A stretch of 64,000 bases of DNA from Promethearchaeia archaeon (GTDB taxonomy: Archaea; Asgardarchaeota; Lokiarchaeia; Sigyniarchaeales; SOKP01), in contig JAHQWL010000081.1 in NCBI GenBank assembly GCA_029856155.1, positions 32,001 to 96,000 of the forward strand, read 5' to 3'. Both the position numbers and the translations under genes were made by a program. This document shows, piece by piece, positions 9,683-19,753 of this stretch. The notes under the pieces were generated by a model. The model worked only from the letters and a program-made list of their open reading frames with translations, was not told the origin of the DNA and searched no databases. Numbering within the stretch: position 1 is the stretch's first letter; every line of letters begins with the position of its first letter.

Positions 9683-10703
9683 TTAAAGTTTTCTATACTC
9701 AAACTCCCAAGTTTTTTTAACGCAAAGTAAATCATTTATTGTATCATAAATTATCGCTCTTTCACTAAGCCCGCCAGATCTTCTCCCTCTATCTCTATTT
9801 GTCTTAATTCTAATTCTCTTTTTATGTTGTCTATGTTTTCTTGGTATGTCATATCATAATCTAAAAATAATTTTGCTCCTCCAACTATAAGAGCTTTAAT
9901 ATTTCTTTTATTTGCACCATGATAGAGTAAATTATTATATAAATCTTTAACTGATGTGTCTACAAAGGTATGAGGGAAAAGTAGATGATAACCTTGTTTC
10001 GAAGCTGATGACGAGGGCAACGATATATGCGACATTGTAAAGATATTATTCACTGTATCTTTAAGAATTAGAGCAATACCTGATCCTAATCTATGTATAA
10101 TAAATTTAGTTGCTGCTTCATCTTTGTCGAAAGAATTTATCAAACCATAATATCCCATAGGAATTTTTAATTCATTATTATTATTTGGATGATCTATTCG
10201 ATCTAAACGTTCTTTTTCATATTCATTGAGATTTTTATTATTATCTATCCTTTTTTTTGAAATTCCATTAATTTGAACTTCTTGTTGTACAACTTGTCTT
10301 GTATAATCTCCTACTTGCCTTACTCGGAGCTCAAACTGTTTCTCTTTTTGTTCTACTAATCTTTCTCGTTGCTCTACTTGTTTAGTAAGACGCTCTAAAA
10401 TTTCTATACGGTTTTTAACTTCTTGTTAAAATACTCAAAAACAGAATAATTTCGGAAAAAATACGTATAGTTTATTGTGAACTTATCGAGGAACAGCTCT
10501 ATTTCTCTAGGATAATTGCGCAAATAATCGATATAGTCCTGATAATAATTTAGGTTTAAATTCTTCATCCTAAAATCAATTCGCTTTTCAAGGAATTTCC
10601 TTTGATAATGATCAAACTTCATTCCTGTTGCGTTTTTTAGCTCTTCTATAAGAGCATCTATAGATGATGGATTGATCGATGATGATGCTGAAATTTTTTA
10701 CAC
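9683..10703 (-). pseudogene. Decayed CheR(N-terminus)-coiled-coil-CheD fusion
   Basis: GTG followed directly by TAA; CheR N-domain IDALIEELKNATGMKF...DKFTINYTYFFRN; out-of-frame join at ~10425 to a coiled coil continuous with CheD (LGSGIA, SHISLP, VGGAKLF); 1-nt deletion at ~9777 displaces GGLSERAIIYDTINDLLCVKKTWEFEYRKL*. Confidence 0.8.
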
Positions 10704-10851
10704 CAAAGCGCCTGCTATTACGATTTTTTACTCAATTGTAATATGAGTATGCTAATATTAATATTCATTGGAAGTAAAATTTGTGATTAAGGGTGTAACA
10801 TAACATTTAAAACAAGTTTTGTGGTAAAAAAATCTATTGACATTATTTTAT

Positions 10852-11601
10852 TTAATTAAATGATATAAATCCGAGTTTAATGAGATTTTTGCATACATTA
10901 TAAACTTGGTTTTGATCCACATTTAGTTCTATGGATATCTGATTAACTGTTTTTTTTCCATTTATCTTCTCATAGATTACAATTGACGTCTCTCCTGTTA
11001 GATAATATTTAGGATTAATTTTTTTGGATGTTGTGAAATTGGGTACATATTCATAGAATTCGGGATCTTCTTCTGCACTAACTGTCTCGTCTTTTAGCTC
11101 TAACGGTTTTATATCATAATCTACAAAACTATTGAAAAACTCAAATATTTTATTATTAGTTTGATCTTGAACTTTTTTATTTTCTTCATCAAGAAATCTT
11201 TCAACAGAATATTCGAATTTTTTAAAATAATCTAACTTACCGTTCCAATTTGAAATTTGATCAATACTAAACTCATTTAAAAAACTGTTGGAAATTTTAT
11301 GTAGAAATTGTTGTACTTCTATTAATTCTGATTTGCTGTCATAAGTAGCAAGATAAATTAAATCTGGAACATTTGAATCTTTTAAGAAAGATAATTTCAG
11401 ATTATTATTTGATAATTTCAACTCAGAAATTGTCCCCATTGACTCAAACGAATCTGAAAAAGAATTCAAAGCTGAAAAAAATCCAGATACCATAATAAGA
11501 TTGTCTTCTTGAGACAGAAGATGGTTAATGTTTGAATTAGAAAAATTCTTAGAGAATAAAGGTAATCCATCTTTAATTATAATAACGTCGCAAATCATCA
11601 A
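10852..11601 (-). CDS. Longin-like domain plus C-terminal winged HTH protein
   Basis: VIIIKDGLPLFSKNF...MVSGFFSALNSF longin-type pattern; C-terminal INGKKTVNQISIELNVDQNQVYNVCKNLIKLGFI. Confidence 0.7.
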   Translation of the reverse strand: MMICDVIIIKDGLPLFSKNFSNSNINHLLSQEDNLIMVSGFFSALNSFSDSFESMGTISELKLSNNNLKLSFLKDSNVPDLIYLATYDSKSELIEVQQFLHKISNSFLNEFSIDQISNWNGKLDYFKKFEYSVERFLDEENKKVQDQTNNKIFEFFNSFVDYDIKPLELKDETVSAEEDPEFYEYVPNFTTSKKINPKYYLTGETSIVIYEKINGKKTVNQISIELNVDQNQVYNVCKNLIKLGFISFN

Positions 11602-11736
11602 TCTCAGAAATTTATATCATATATTTTTCAGAATGTTTAAAAGCTATTTAATAATTCAAAAGTATCTATGTATTTGGAAAAAAAAAGAGTTATAATACAT
11701 CTGTGATATCAGTGTAATATAACCATTCAGTATATT

Positions 11737-12843
11737 ATGATTCGTATACGCGCTCCTGGCCGGATTAATTTATTTGGTGAGCATCAGGATTATTTAAATT
11801 ATCCTATTATTGCCATGGCAATATCGAAATATATATATCTAGAAGCAAAAAAGGTATCTAAGCCTTTCTTTTCAATAGAGCTCTCAGATTTAAATGAGAA
11901 TCTCGAAATCAAATTAAATAATAAAGAGTTGGAATATTTTTCAAAAAGAGATTATCTTAGGAGTGCTTATAATCATTATATACGAAAAGGGTTCAGATTT
12001 CATAGTGGGTATAATATCAAAATTACTGGAGACATCCCAGTTAATGCTGGAGCTGCTAGTTCCTCTGCATTAGTTATAGCTTGGCTATTTTTTTTAAATT
12101 CAATCAATAAAAATCATAAAAAGCTAAATAAGTATCAATTATCATTGATGGGATATGATACAGAAGTAATAGAATTCAAAGAACATGGTGGTTGGATGGA
12201 TCACTTTACCTCAGTTTATGGAAATCTAATATATCTAGAACCAAAAAATGATGGACCTGAGGTAATTCACAAAAGTCTAAACCTTGATGGTTTTGTATTG
12301 GGTAATTCTTTAGAAAAAAAAGAAACTGTGGAAGATTTATTTAAAGTTAAAGAGATTACAAAGAAAGCTTTTATAGAAATTAAAAAGATCATGCCAAATT
12401 TTAACCAATACCGCACTTCATTAGAAGAAGTAAAGAAATTTTTACCTAATCTTAAAAAAGAATATCAGAAAAAAATTATTGGAAATATAATAAATCGTAA
12501 TTTAACAATAAAAGCAAAAAAATTAATTTTTAATAGCTTCTTTGATGAAAAATATAATAATAATAAGCTTAGAAATAATTTTTATGTAAAACTAGGAAAT
12601 TTATTGAATGAACACCATTATCAATTGAAAGAAAATATTGAAATTTCAACAGATAAAATTGAGAAAATGATATCAAATTGTTTAGAATTAGGTGCTTTAG
12701 GTGCAAAAATTAATGGCTCTGGCTTTGGGGGAACAATGTTTGCGTTTTTTCCTAATAATGAGGATCGACTTGTTGAATCGATCGAAAAAATAGGAGGAGA
12801 AGCATTTAAAATAGAAACAAGTAATGGTGTGGAGATCTATTGA
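11737..12843 (+). CDS. Galactokinase-like GHMP sugar kinase
   Basis: APGRINLFGEHQDY, IPVNAGAASSSAL, GWMDH and GAKINGSGFGG. Confidence 0.88.
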   Translation: MIRIRAPGRINLFGEHQDYLNYPIIAMAISKYIYLEAKKVSKPFFSIELSDLNENLEIKLNNKELEYFSKRDYLRSAYNHYIRKGFRFHSGYNIKITGDIPVNAGAASSSALVIAWLFFLNSINKNHKKLNKYQLSLMGYDTEVIEFKEHGGWMDHFTSVYGNLIYLEPKNDGPEVIHKSLNLDGFVLGNSLEKKETVEDLFKVKEITKKAFIEIKKIMPNFNQYRTSLEEVKKFLPNLKKEYQKKIIGNIINRNLTIKAKKLIFNSFFDEKYNNNKLRNNFYVKLGNLLNEHHYQLKENIEISTDKIEKMISNCLELGALGAKINGSGFGGTMFAFFPNNEDRLVESIEKIGGEAFKIETSNGVEIY

Positions 12844-13598
12844 AAGCCGTTATATTATGTGCAGGTTTAGGAAAACGTTTAAGGCCATATACAGATTCAT
12901 TTCAAAAATCAATGATACATATTCATGGTAAACCATTATTAGAATATATCATAAATGGATTAATCTATGCTGGATTCAAAGATCTAATAATAGTTGTAGG
13001 ATATAGGAAAGAACAAATCATTGAGTATTTTAAGGATGGAAAAAGTTGGGGGATAAAAATTGAATATCTTGAACAAATAAAACTTAATGGTACGGGTGGA
13101 GCAGTATTAGTGTGTGAAAATTTAATCCATAATTCGCATTTTTTTTTAACTTGGGGTGATATTTTAGTTCCATATAATATATATAAAGATGTAGTAGAAA
13201 AATTCAAAAAAGAGAATCAGAATTTTATACTGGTTACTAATTATACAGAAGATCCATATAAGGGTGGAGCTGTTTATTGTAAAAATGATTACTTATTAGA
13301 TATTATAGAAAAGCCATCTATAGGTAAATCTAAATCAAACTTGAATAATTGCGGAATTTTTATCTTCTCAGCAGAAATTTTCGAAGTCTTAAAAACTCTT
13401 GAACCTTCTAAACGAGGTGAAGTTGAATTAACAGATGCAATAAGGAATGGAATTAATTTAAGGAACTGGAAAGTTAGAGTAATTAAAATGGGAAAAAATC
13501 AATTTAGAGGAGATTTTGGAGATATTACATCATGTGAGAAATTACGTGAAAACTCATCCTGGCTTTCTAAATTGGTTAATGATAAGGAAATTATATAG
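12840..13598 (+). CDS. Sugar-1-phosphate nucleotidyltransferase
   Basis: AGLGKRLRPYT, GTGGA, WGD, EKP and SKRGEVELTDA; TTGA overlap with the kinase stop codon. Confidence 0.9.
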   Translation: MKAVILCAGLGKRLRPYTDSFQKSMIHIHGKPLLEYIINGLIYAGFKDLIIVVGYRKEQIIEYFKDGKSWGIKIEYLEQIKLNGTGGAVLVCENLIHNSHFFLTWGDILVPYNIYKDVVEKFKKENQNFILVTNYTEDPYKGGAVYCKNDYLLDIIEKPSIGKSKSNLNNCGIFIFSAEIFEVLKTLEPSKRGEVELTDAIRNGINLRNWKVRVIKMGKNQFRGDFGDITSCEKLRENSSWLSKLVNDKEII

Positions 13599-13708
13599 AA
13601 TAGATTTTCAAATTTAAAGATTTAATTCAAAACTTAAATAAAAAGAGATCAAAAATATATTATTAAACTAAATTCAAAAAAGAACCTTATTATTATCTAA
13701 TGATCTAA

Positions 13709-15325
13709 ATGAGGATAAGAACACGAAAAAATCTTAAGAAAAAAAATGCAGTAATTACAATTTTCTTTCTACTTCCACTTATTAGTTTTGGGGCTTATGC
13801 TGGTTTATGTTTTTATATAATTGAAGATGTTGCTTCCTTTACCCAGAATCTTGATCCGCCAAATACAGAATATTTTTATAAATTAGATGAGATATTAGGA
13901 AATTCAACATACTTAGACAAAATGGCTAATATTTATGATAATCAGATGGAACATTTCCACATGCCTACAAATATTAGTGTTGATATTACCTTTAAAAATG
14001 ATAACTATACTGAAATTGAGACATGGCATGATACAGATAATGGAGCGTTAAAAATTGGATATACTTTGGCTTCCCAATGTTTCCGATATAAAGCAGCTGT
14101 AGATGAAGGAGATGCTAATGAACTTTTAAATGCCACTCGAATGGTAAAAAAATGTGTGTCTGCTTTTAGTAATATGATGGCAGCAACTAATGGGGGTATA
14201 GGTCCAGATTATCCAGGAACTCCCGCTAGATTTGTTTGTGCCCCTGAAAATCGAAAGTATCATCCTTGGATTTTTGAAGAACATCCACGACATTTTAATG
14301 GTACTGGAAAATATCAAAAATGGCGAGTTCGACTTCATACAAGTAGAGATGAATTAGCGGGCTATTATTTAGGATTTGCGTGTGTTCTAAAATTTATTGA
14401 TCCCAATCTTGATAGTAATAGTAAATGGTGTGTTGATCGTATTAAATTACTCGTAGAACAAATGATTGAAGGATTTAAAAAGACAAATTGGCTTGTTTTA
14501 GGTGGAGAGGGGGAACCAGTTGGTTCTGATTTAAATCCATATTTTGAAGGTAGTATGTGGCAATTAACTTTGCTTAGGATTGGTGCCACAGCTCTACCCG
14601 AAAAATACACTTCACTTTATCAATATTCAGCTGCTAAGATGCTTTCTATGAATGAAGCAGCTATGGGAGGGAAGCAGAATACTGTATATGATACATATGC
14701 ACTAGCTTTTGGGATGGATGTTGAAATTGCTTTAATTCTACTTGAAGATAATCCTTCATTGCAGTATCATTATATTAAAAATTTTGAAAATAAATTTTAT
14801 AGATATGTCAGATATCATCGAAATGCATTTTTTAATATTGGGCATCTAGTTTTTATGACCTTAATAGAGAATCCCTCTAAATTTGAAGATTCTTATTATC
14901 CAGACGAAATGATAAGATGGGATGTACTTGATCAATTATGGAGATTCAATACTTCTGGATGGGGGAATGGAATTAGAAATTACAATCTTACAGTAAGGCC
15001 AAATTCAACACGAGCAACAAGTCTTAACCCTGAAATCTCTCAGATGGAAATTGAACCTAACAAAGAAAAATGGCGAAATTTCTTCGATAATAATGTCTAT
15101 GGTGGACTTTTTTCTTGGCTCGAAGATGTTATCGATTTCGAAGACCCATTATATATTTTACCTTTAACAGTTTCAGAAATGGGAATACACAGCTACCTTT
15201 GGGAGCACTCTAAATTTTATGGAGAGGGTGGTAATAATGAACCAAGGGATAATGGCTTAAGTCAAGCAGTACCTACATCTTACCTTGTCGTTTATTGGAT
15301 GGGAAAAGCATTCAATATTTTTTAG
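13709..15325 (+). CDS. Membrane-anchored extracellular hypothetical protein, possible alpha/alpha-toroid hydrolase
   Basis: Basic N-terminus plus TM helix; DTDNGAL..G..LA...FRY and TSRDELAGY motifs; Trp/Tyr-rich. Confidence 0.55.
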   Translation: MRIRTRKNLKKKNAVITIFFLLPLISFGAYAGLCFYIIEDVASFTQNLDPPNTEYFYKLDEILGNSTYLDKMANIYDNQMEHFHMPTNISVDITFKNDNYTEIETWHDTDNGALKIGYTLASQCFRYKAAVDEGDANELLNATRMVKKCVSAFSNMMAATNGGIGPDYPGTPARFVCAPENRKYHPWIFEEHPRHFNGTGKYQKWRVRLHTSRDELAGYYLGFACVLKFIDPNLDSNSKWCVDRIKLLVEQMIEGFKKTNWLVLGGEGEPVGSDLNPYFEGSMWQLTLLRIGATALPEKYTSLYQYSAAKMLSMNEAAMGGKQNTVYDTYALAFGMDVEIALILLEDNPSLQYHYIKNFENKFYRYVRYHRNAFFNIGHLVFMTLIENPSKFEDSYYPDEMIRWDVLDQLWRFNTSGWGNGIRNYNLTVRPNSTRATSLNPEISQMEIEPNKEKWRNFFDNNVYGGLFSWLEDVIDFEDPLYILPLTVSEMGIHSYLWEHSKFYGEGGNNEPRDNGLSQAVPTSYLVVYWMGKAFNIF

Positions 15326-15518
15326 AAATTTTTAAATGACGTTTTTATTACGCAAAATCCTCTGAGATTTAAATTTCTGATTGATTTTATAAAAATCTTG
15401 AAAAAAAAATTTACTTCTTTTTATATCAGATATTAGATTAGTATTTGAAATAACTATCAAAAAGTCTATATGTTAATTTCATTGGAAAAATAATTAATTA
15501 AACAAAGGGAACTAAAGG

Positions 15519-16034
15519 TTGGAACAAATTCTCGAGAAAAGAAGGATGATTATCTTCTGTGATCATGCTAATTTATTTCATAACATTGAAGAACTTAAAA
15601 TTAGGATTAATTATTTAAAATTAAAGGAACTTTTTACTAAAAATCATCACCTAGTTGGTTTTATCATCTACATGGGAATTCCAGATAAGATTTTACCTAA
15701 AAAACTAAAATTTTTAAATTATTTGAAATCTCAGGGATTTATCATCCAACCAAAAAGGGTAATTATTTCTCCAACAGGAATAAAAAAACAGAAAGGAGTA
15801 GATATTTTTATATATAAAGATATTGTAGAATTAGCTGAAGAAGATTCGTATGATAAGGCAGTTTTAATAAGTGGTGACTCAGATTTTCTCGATGTTGTAA
15901 AAAAACTTAAAGAATTGAAGAAAGACATTGAAATTTGGAGTTTTAAGAAATCAATCTCGCGAGTGTTAATAGAGGAGGCAGGTCAGGAAAATGTTCATTA
16001 TATTGATACTATATTAGATGAAATTCGATATTAA
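15519..16034 (+). CDS. NYN (LabA/DUF88) PIN-like domain protein
   Basis: FCDHANL, KQKGVD and ISGDSDF motifs. Confidence 0.9.
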   Translation: MEQILEKRRMIIFCDHANLFHNIEELKIRINYLKLKELFTKNHHLVGFIIYMGIPDKILPKKLKFLNYLKSQGFIIQPKRVIISPTGIKKQKGVDIFIYKDIVELAEEDSYDKAVLISGDSDFLDVVKKLKELKKDIEIWSFKKSISRVLIEEAGQENVHYIDTILDEIRY

Positions 16035-16108
16035 CCCATCAAAAAGTTACAAGTTTAAAAATAACAAGTAAGAATAATGATCGTTTTTTTGAATAATTTT
16101 CTCCTACC

Positions 16109-16193
16109 AGAGAGAATGGTGAGAAGATTTTCTAATTAAGTCATTCGCTAATCTCTTTTCCCTTCGAAAAAACTCTTCTCAAAAATTCTCTCT
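16109..16193. repeat. Imperfect long inverted repeat / hairpin
   Basis: AGAGAGAAT-GG-TGAGAAGA-TTTTC pairs with GAAAA-(AAC)-TCTTCTCA-AAA-ATTCTCTCT. Confidence 0.55.
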
Positions 16194-16340
16194 TTTTTTC
16201 TTTAAATTTCTGGCTTTAATATGGACACATAATTCTGATTGTTTTATTTAATCAACTTTATAAAAATTGGACTATTCAAGAATTATTAACAAAGTATCTT
16301 TTTGATTGTTATAGTAAAAGCTATTATCAAAAAAAAATAA

Positions 16341-16919
16341 ATGATAGAAATGAGTGGAGAAAATAAATATCGTCATAGGTATTATTATAAAGAATCTTAT
16401 GAAGCAGCTATAGGAACTTTTGCTACAGGTATAGTTTTTCTTTTTGTGGCAATATTATCACTGTTTTTTAGAACCTTTGATATAACGTTTATAGGACTTG
16501 CATGGTGGGGTTATTGGCTTTTCATTCCTGCTTTTTTCATCTTCATTGGAGGATTTGACCAACTTTATCGAAATTATAAGTATAAAGAAGTTGTTAAGAA
16601 TGCTGTTGCTCAACGAGATTTTCAAGGAACATATAAACTGGAGCATATCGCATTGGAAATAGGTATGAAACCAAGCGTACTACTACGTGTATTAGTAGAT
16701 CTAAGAAATAAAGGAATATTAAAGTATAGTTTTGATGCGGATTCAGGACAAATTATCTTAGGCCAAACAATAAAATATACTCAAGCGACTGAATATGTTC
16801 CACCTCCTAAAAAGATAGAAGAGCCTTTACCAACAGAAGGAAAAAACTTTTGCGTCTATTGTGGTCATAAACTTGAATCAAGTGGAAATTTCTGTCCTAA
16901 TTGTGGGTCTAATCTTTAA
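16341..16919 (+). CDS. 2-TM protein with PCI-like winged helix and C-terminal double Zn ribbon
   Basis: Two hydrophobic segments; YKLEHIALEIGMKPSVLLRVLVDLRNKGILKYSFD; CVYCG...CPNCG. Confidence 0.75.
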   Translation: MIEMSGENKYRHRYYYKESYEAAIGTFATGIVFLFVAILSLFFRTFDITFIGLAWWGYWLFIPAFFIFIGGFDQLYRNYKYKEVVKNAVAQRDFQGTYKLEHIALEIGMKPSVLLRVLVDLRNKGILKYSFDADSGQIILGQTIKYTQATEYVPPPKKIEEPLPTEGKNFCVYCGHKLESSGNFCPNCGSNL

Positions 16920-17008
16920 ATTTCTTTTAAAATCTACACCATTTTTTCTTTTTTCATTAATCCTTTTGGCAATTTTAAAAGCTTTTTTTTAATGAACTTA
17001 TATCTAAA

Positions 17009-17203
17009 TTAAGTTCTTCTTCTATCAGAAATTAAAATTCCACCAATACCAACATTTTCTGGCAAGTTTTCTTTAATAACTATAATAATGTGTTCTTTTG
17101 GAATATTATAGGCTCTTTCGACAGCAATAGTAATCTCTTTAATTAAATTTCGTTTTACTTCTAGATTTTCGATTTTAGGCCCATCTATTGTGATATTCGG
17201 CAT
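17009..17203 (-). CDS. 4-oxalocrotonate tautomerase family protein (DmpI-like)
   Basis: Catalytic Pro-1 (MPNITID), ENVGIGG, 64 aa; GGAGGT RBS. Confidence 0.9.
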   Translation of the reverse strand: MPNITIDGPKIENLEVKRNLIKEITIAVERAYNIPKEHIIIVIKENLPENVGIGGILISDRRRT

Positions 17204-17541
17204 AAATTAATACCTCCTTATATTTTTTAAAATGTAATGAATTAATTTTTTTATATTTTAAATAAATACTTAAATGATTAAATAAATTAATCATAAAAAT
17301 CAAGAATACATCTTGGTAAAATGAAGAATTTTCTAATCCCTAAACCTAAATCTGGGGGGTCAATCCTTTCTTATAAATGTAACGGCAAATTTAAACATTG
17401 TATGTATTTTATCCATGTTTGCTTTGATATCAGAAAAGATGTAGTTTTGAAAACTAATAAAATAAATGAACTCACCCCTGCTGAATTATATCATCACATT
17501 AAAAAAAAAAAAGAAAATTTAGAATAGATTTAAATTTAGGA

Positions 17542-18948
17542 TTAAAGGTTTATCTTTTTCTCAGAGTGAAGTTTCCTTGCATCTTCAGTTAATTGAGTAT
17601 ACTTTTCTTTATCGATTGGGAAATACCTCATAGCTATTATTCCAATAATTAAAAATACTATTGGTAAGATAACCATGAGACTTCGAAGACCAAATTCCAC
17701 CGCATATTCTGCTGTGCTAAGATCGAAGATATTCCAATCTGTTCCAATGAATACTAATCCTATTGAGAGAAATACTACTACATTGGAGAATTTTACGATG
17801 AAGCCGTTTATTCCATAGAAATTACCCTCCCTTCTTACTCCCGTTTTTAATTCATCCTCATCGATAATTGCAGCAATTGTAATATCTCTAACAATTAATA
17901 CTCCTGCCAGCCCAATGCCTAATAAAAAGAAAAATATAAAACCTAAGAGTACTCCTCTAATAAACATGAGAGGTAACAATGTTATAATAAAAACAATCAA
18001 AGACAATATATAAGATCCTTTAGCACCAAGTTTATTTACAATTATTCGCCATGGAAATACAAATATTGCAGCTGAAACAAAACCAGTACCAAGTATTAAA
18101 GATAGCGTACCGGCATCTGAAACGCCTAAACATACCGCTCCATAAATTGGCATTATAGTAGGAATCATATTAAATGCATACCATAATGAAAAATTCCCAA
18201 GAACATATAGCTTGAACGATTTGTATCCAAATGTATATTTTAATGCTTGTCTAAACGGGGGAACCCTTTCATAGTCCTTAGAAAATTCAATTCTTTCTTT
18301 CAATCCAAATTTAATAAAAATAAACGCCCCAATTGCGCAAATAATTGAAATAACTGCAGCAGCTATTATGTATTGCAAATGTGTAGTTCCAATAGGTATA
18401 TTTTCACTGGTGAAGCTATCAATTAGAACTCCAGGTAATAAGAACGCAATCAATAATGATATCACTTGAAAAAATTGGATTGAATTATTAGCTTTAGATC
18501 TTTGATCTAAATCTCGAAACATCTCTGGAAATAAACTCGTTTGGTTTAATGAATACATTGTATAAAACAGTTCCCAAATTACAATTATGATTAAGAAATA
18601 AAAAAATGAAAGAAGATCAGATCCCCTAGGTGCCGTAAATAGTAGAATATTTAGAACAAGCAGTGGAATTATACCTATTATGATGAATGGTTTTCTACGA
18701 CCCATTTTAAAGTGTGATCTATCAGAAATTGCCCCGAGCATTGGATCATTAAAAGCATTCCATATTGCCCAGAGTATGAAACCAAGAGATATCAATCCTG
18801 CAGGCAATTCTATTATAGAAAAATAAAATGTAAATATTAAGAAAGTAAAAGATTGCAAAAAAATAACATCCGTAAAGCCAGCAAAACTATAAAGCACAGC
18901 TTTTTTTAAAGAATATTCTTCCTCTACATTGGGTTTTTCTTTAGACAT
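17542..18948 (-). CDS. MFS transporter, GPH/MelB family
   Basis: WNAFNDPMLGAISDR, GRRKPF, IIDEDELKTGVRREG; about 12 TM segments. Confidence 0.92.
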   Translation of the reverse strand: MSKEKPNVEEEYSLKKAVLYSFAGFTDVIFLQSFTFLIFTFYFSIIELPAGLISLGFILWAIWNAFNDPMLGAISDRSHFKMGRRKPFIIIGIIPLLVLNILLFTAPRGSDLLSFFYFLIIIVIWELFYTMYSLNQTSLFPEMFRDLDQRSKANNSIQFFQVISLLIAFLLPGVLIDSFTSENIPIGTTHLQYIIAAAVISIICAIGAFIFIKFGLKERIEFSKDYERVPPFRQALKYTFGYKSFKLYVLGNFSLWYAFNMIPTIMPIYGAVCLGVSDAGTLSLILGTGFVSAAIFVFPWRIIVNKLGAKGSYILSLIVFIITLLPLMFIRGVLLGFIFFFLLGIGLAGVLIVRDITIAAIIDEDELKTGVRREGNFYGINGFIVKFSNVVVFLSIGLVFIGTDWNIFDLSTAEYAVEFGLRSLMVILPIVFLIIGIIAMRYFPIDKEKYTQLTEDARKLHSEKKINL

Positions 18949-19251
18949 AATTTTTTCCTATTTATTATTATTAGAACGATCTATGTAAAAAGTTAATAAT
19001 ATTTTGTTCGCAATATTTATAAAAATTCTTTAAACAAAATAATTATTTTATTTTAATTTTCAATATCATTTTAATGCAACAACCAGCTATTCAAATTTCC
19101 ACTAAATTCAGAGAGGCTTTTTTTTTAAATATCAGATCAGTTTTAAATGTTACAAATTTAAATTTCTCCGAGCTGACAAATAATTTCAAAAGGATTTATT
19201 AATAAAGATCTCTCTGATACTTCTTTTGAAAAAACCCCTAATTTAGGGAAT

Positions 19252-19656
19252 TTGAACCTTTTTGATCGTAATGATTTTCAAAATTCAACGAATAGTGTAA
19301 TTTCGAATCTTGTCACGGAGTTATTTAATAACATCAAATCAAAGGAAGAGTTTAAATATATTTCTGATTTGTTAATTACTTCTCTACATGAATATAAAAA
19401 GAGATTTCCAATTGATATAGAAACTGAGAATATAGAAAATTCTTTTATTGAATTCAATAAAAGTGAATCTAACAACTCGAGATATAACTTTAATGATTCA
19501 TATGACGAATATCTTTCCATTTCAAATGATATCCACACTATATTATCAATTTGTCAGGATTTAACTAACACGCAGAAACTTGATTTCTGTAATAATCAAA
19601 GGTATTTCATGAAATTGTATTTAAAAGAATTATTACTAAAAATTAATAAAGCGTGA
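19252..19656 (+). CDS. Hypothetical protein
   Basis: 134-aa ORF; its 3' part has a diverged copy at 20602..20741, which supports coding status; start uncertain. Confidence 0.55.
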   Translation: MNLFDRNDFQNSTNSVISNLVTELFNNIKSKEEFKYISDLLITSLHEYKKRFPIDIETENIENSFIEFNKSESNNSRYNFNDSYDEYLSISNDIHTILSICQDLTNTQKLDFCNNQRYFMKLYLKELLLKINKA

Positions 19657-19753
19657 GTTTTGCTTAGAGTTTTAAGAATATTTTTCAAAATTAACTTTAA
19701 TATAGTAATTGACATTAAAAAATTAAAAAAAGGAAAAATTTAATTATTTTCTT

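Noticed and set aside
17321-17527. 68-aa ORF
   Set aside because: No recognisable motif or clear RBS; may be spurious or a gene remnant.
19236-19248. Palindrome CCCTAA-T-TTAGGG
   Set aside because: Single 6-bp-arm palindrome; too short to distinguish from chance.
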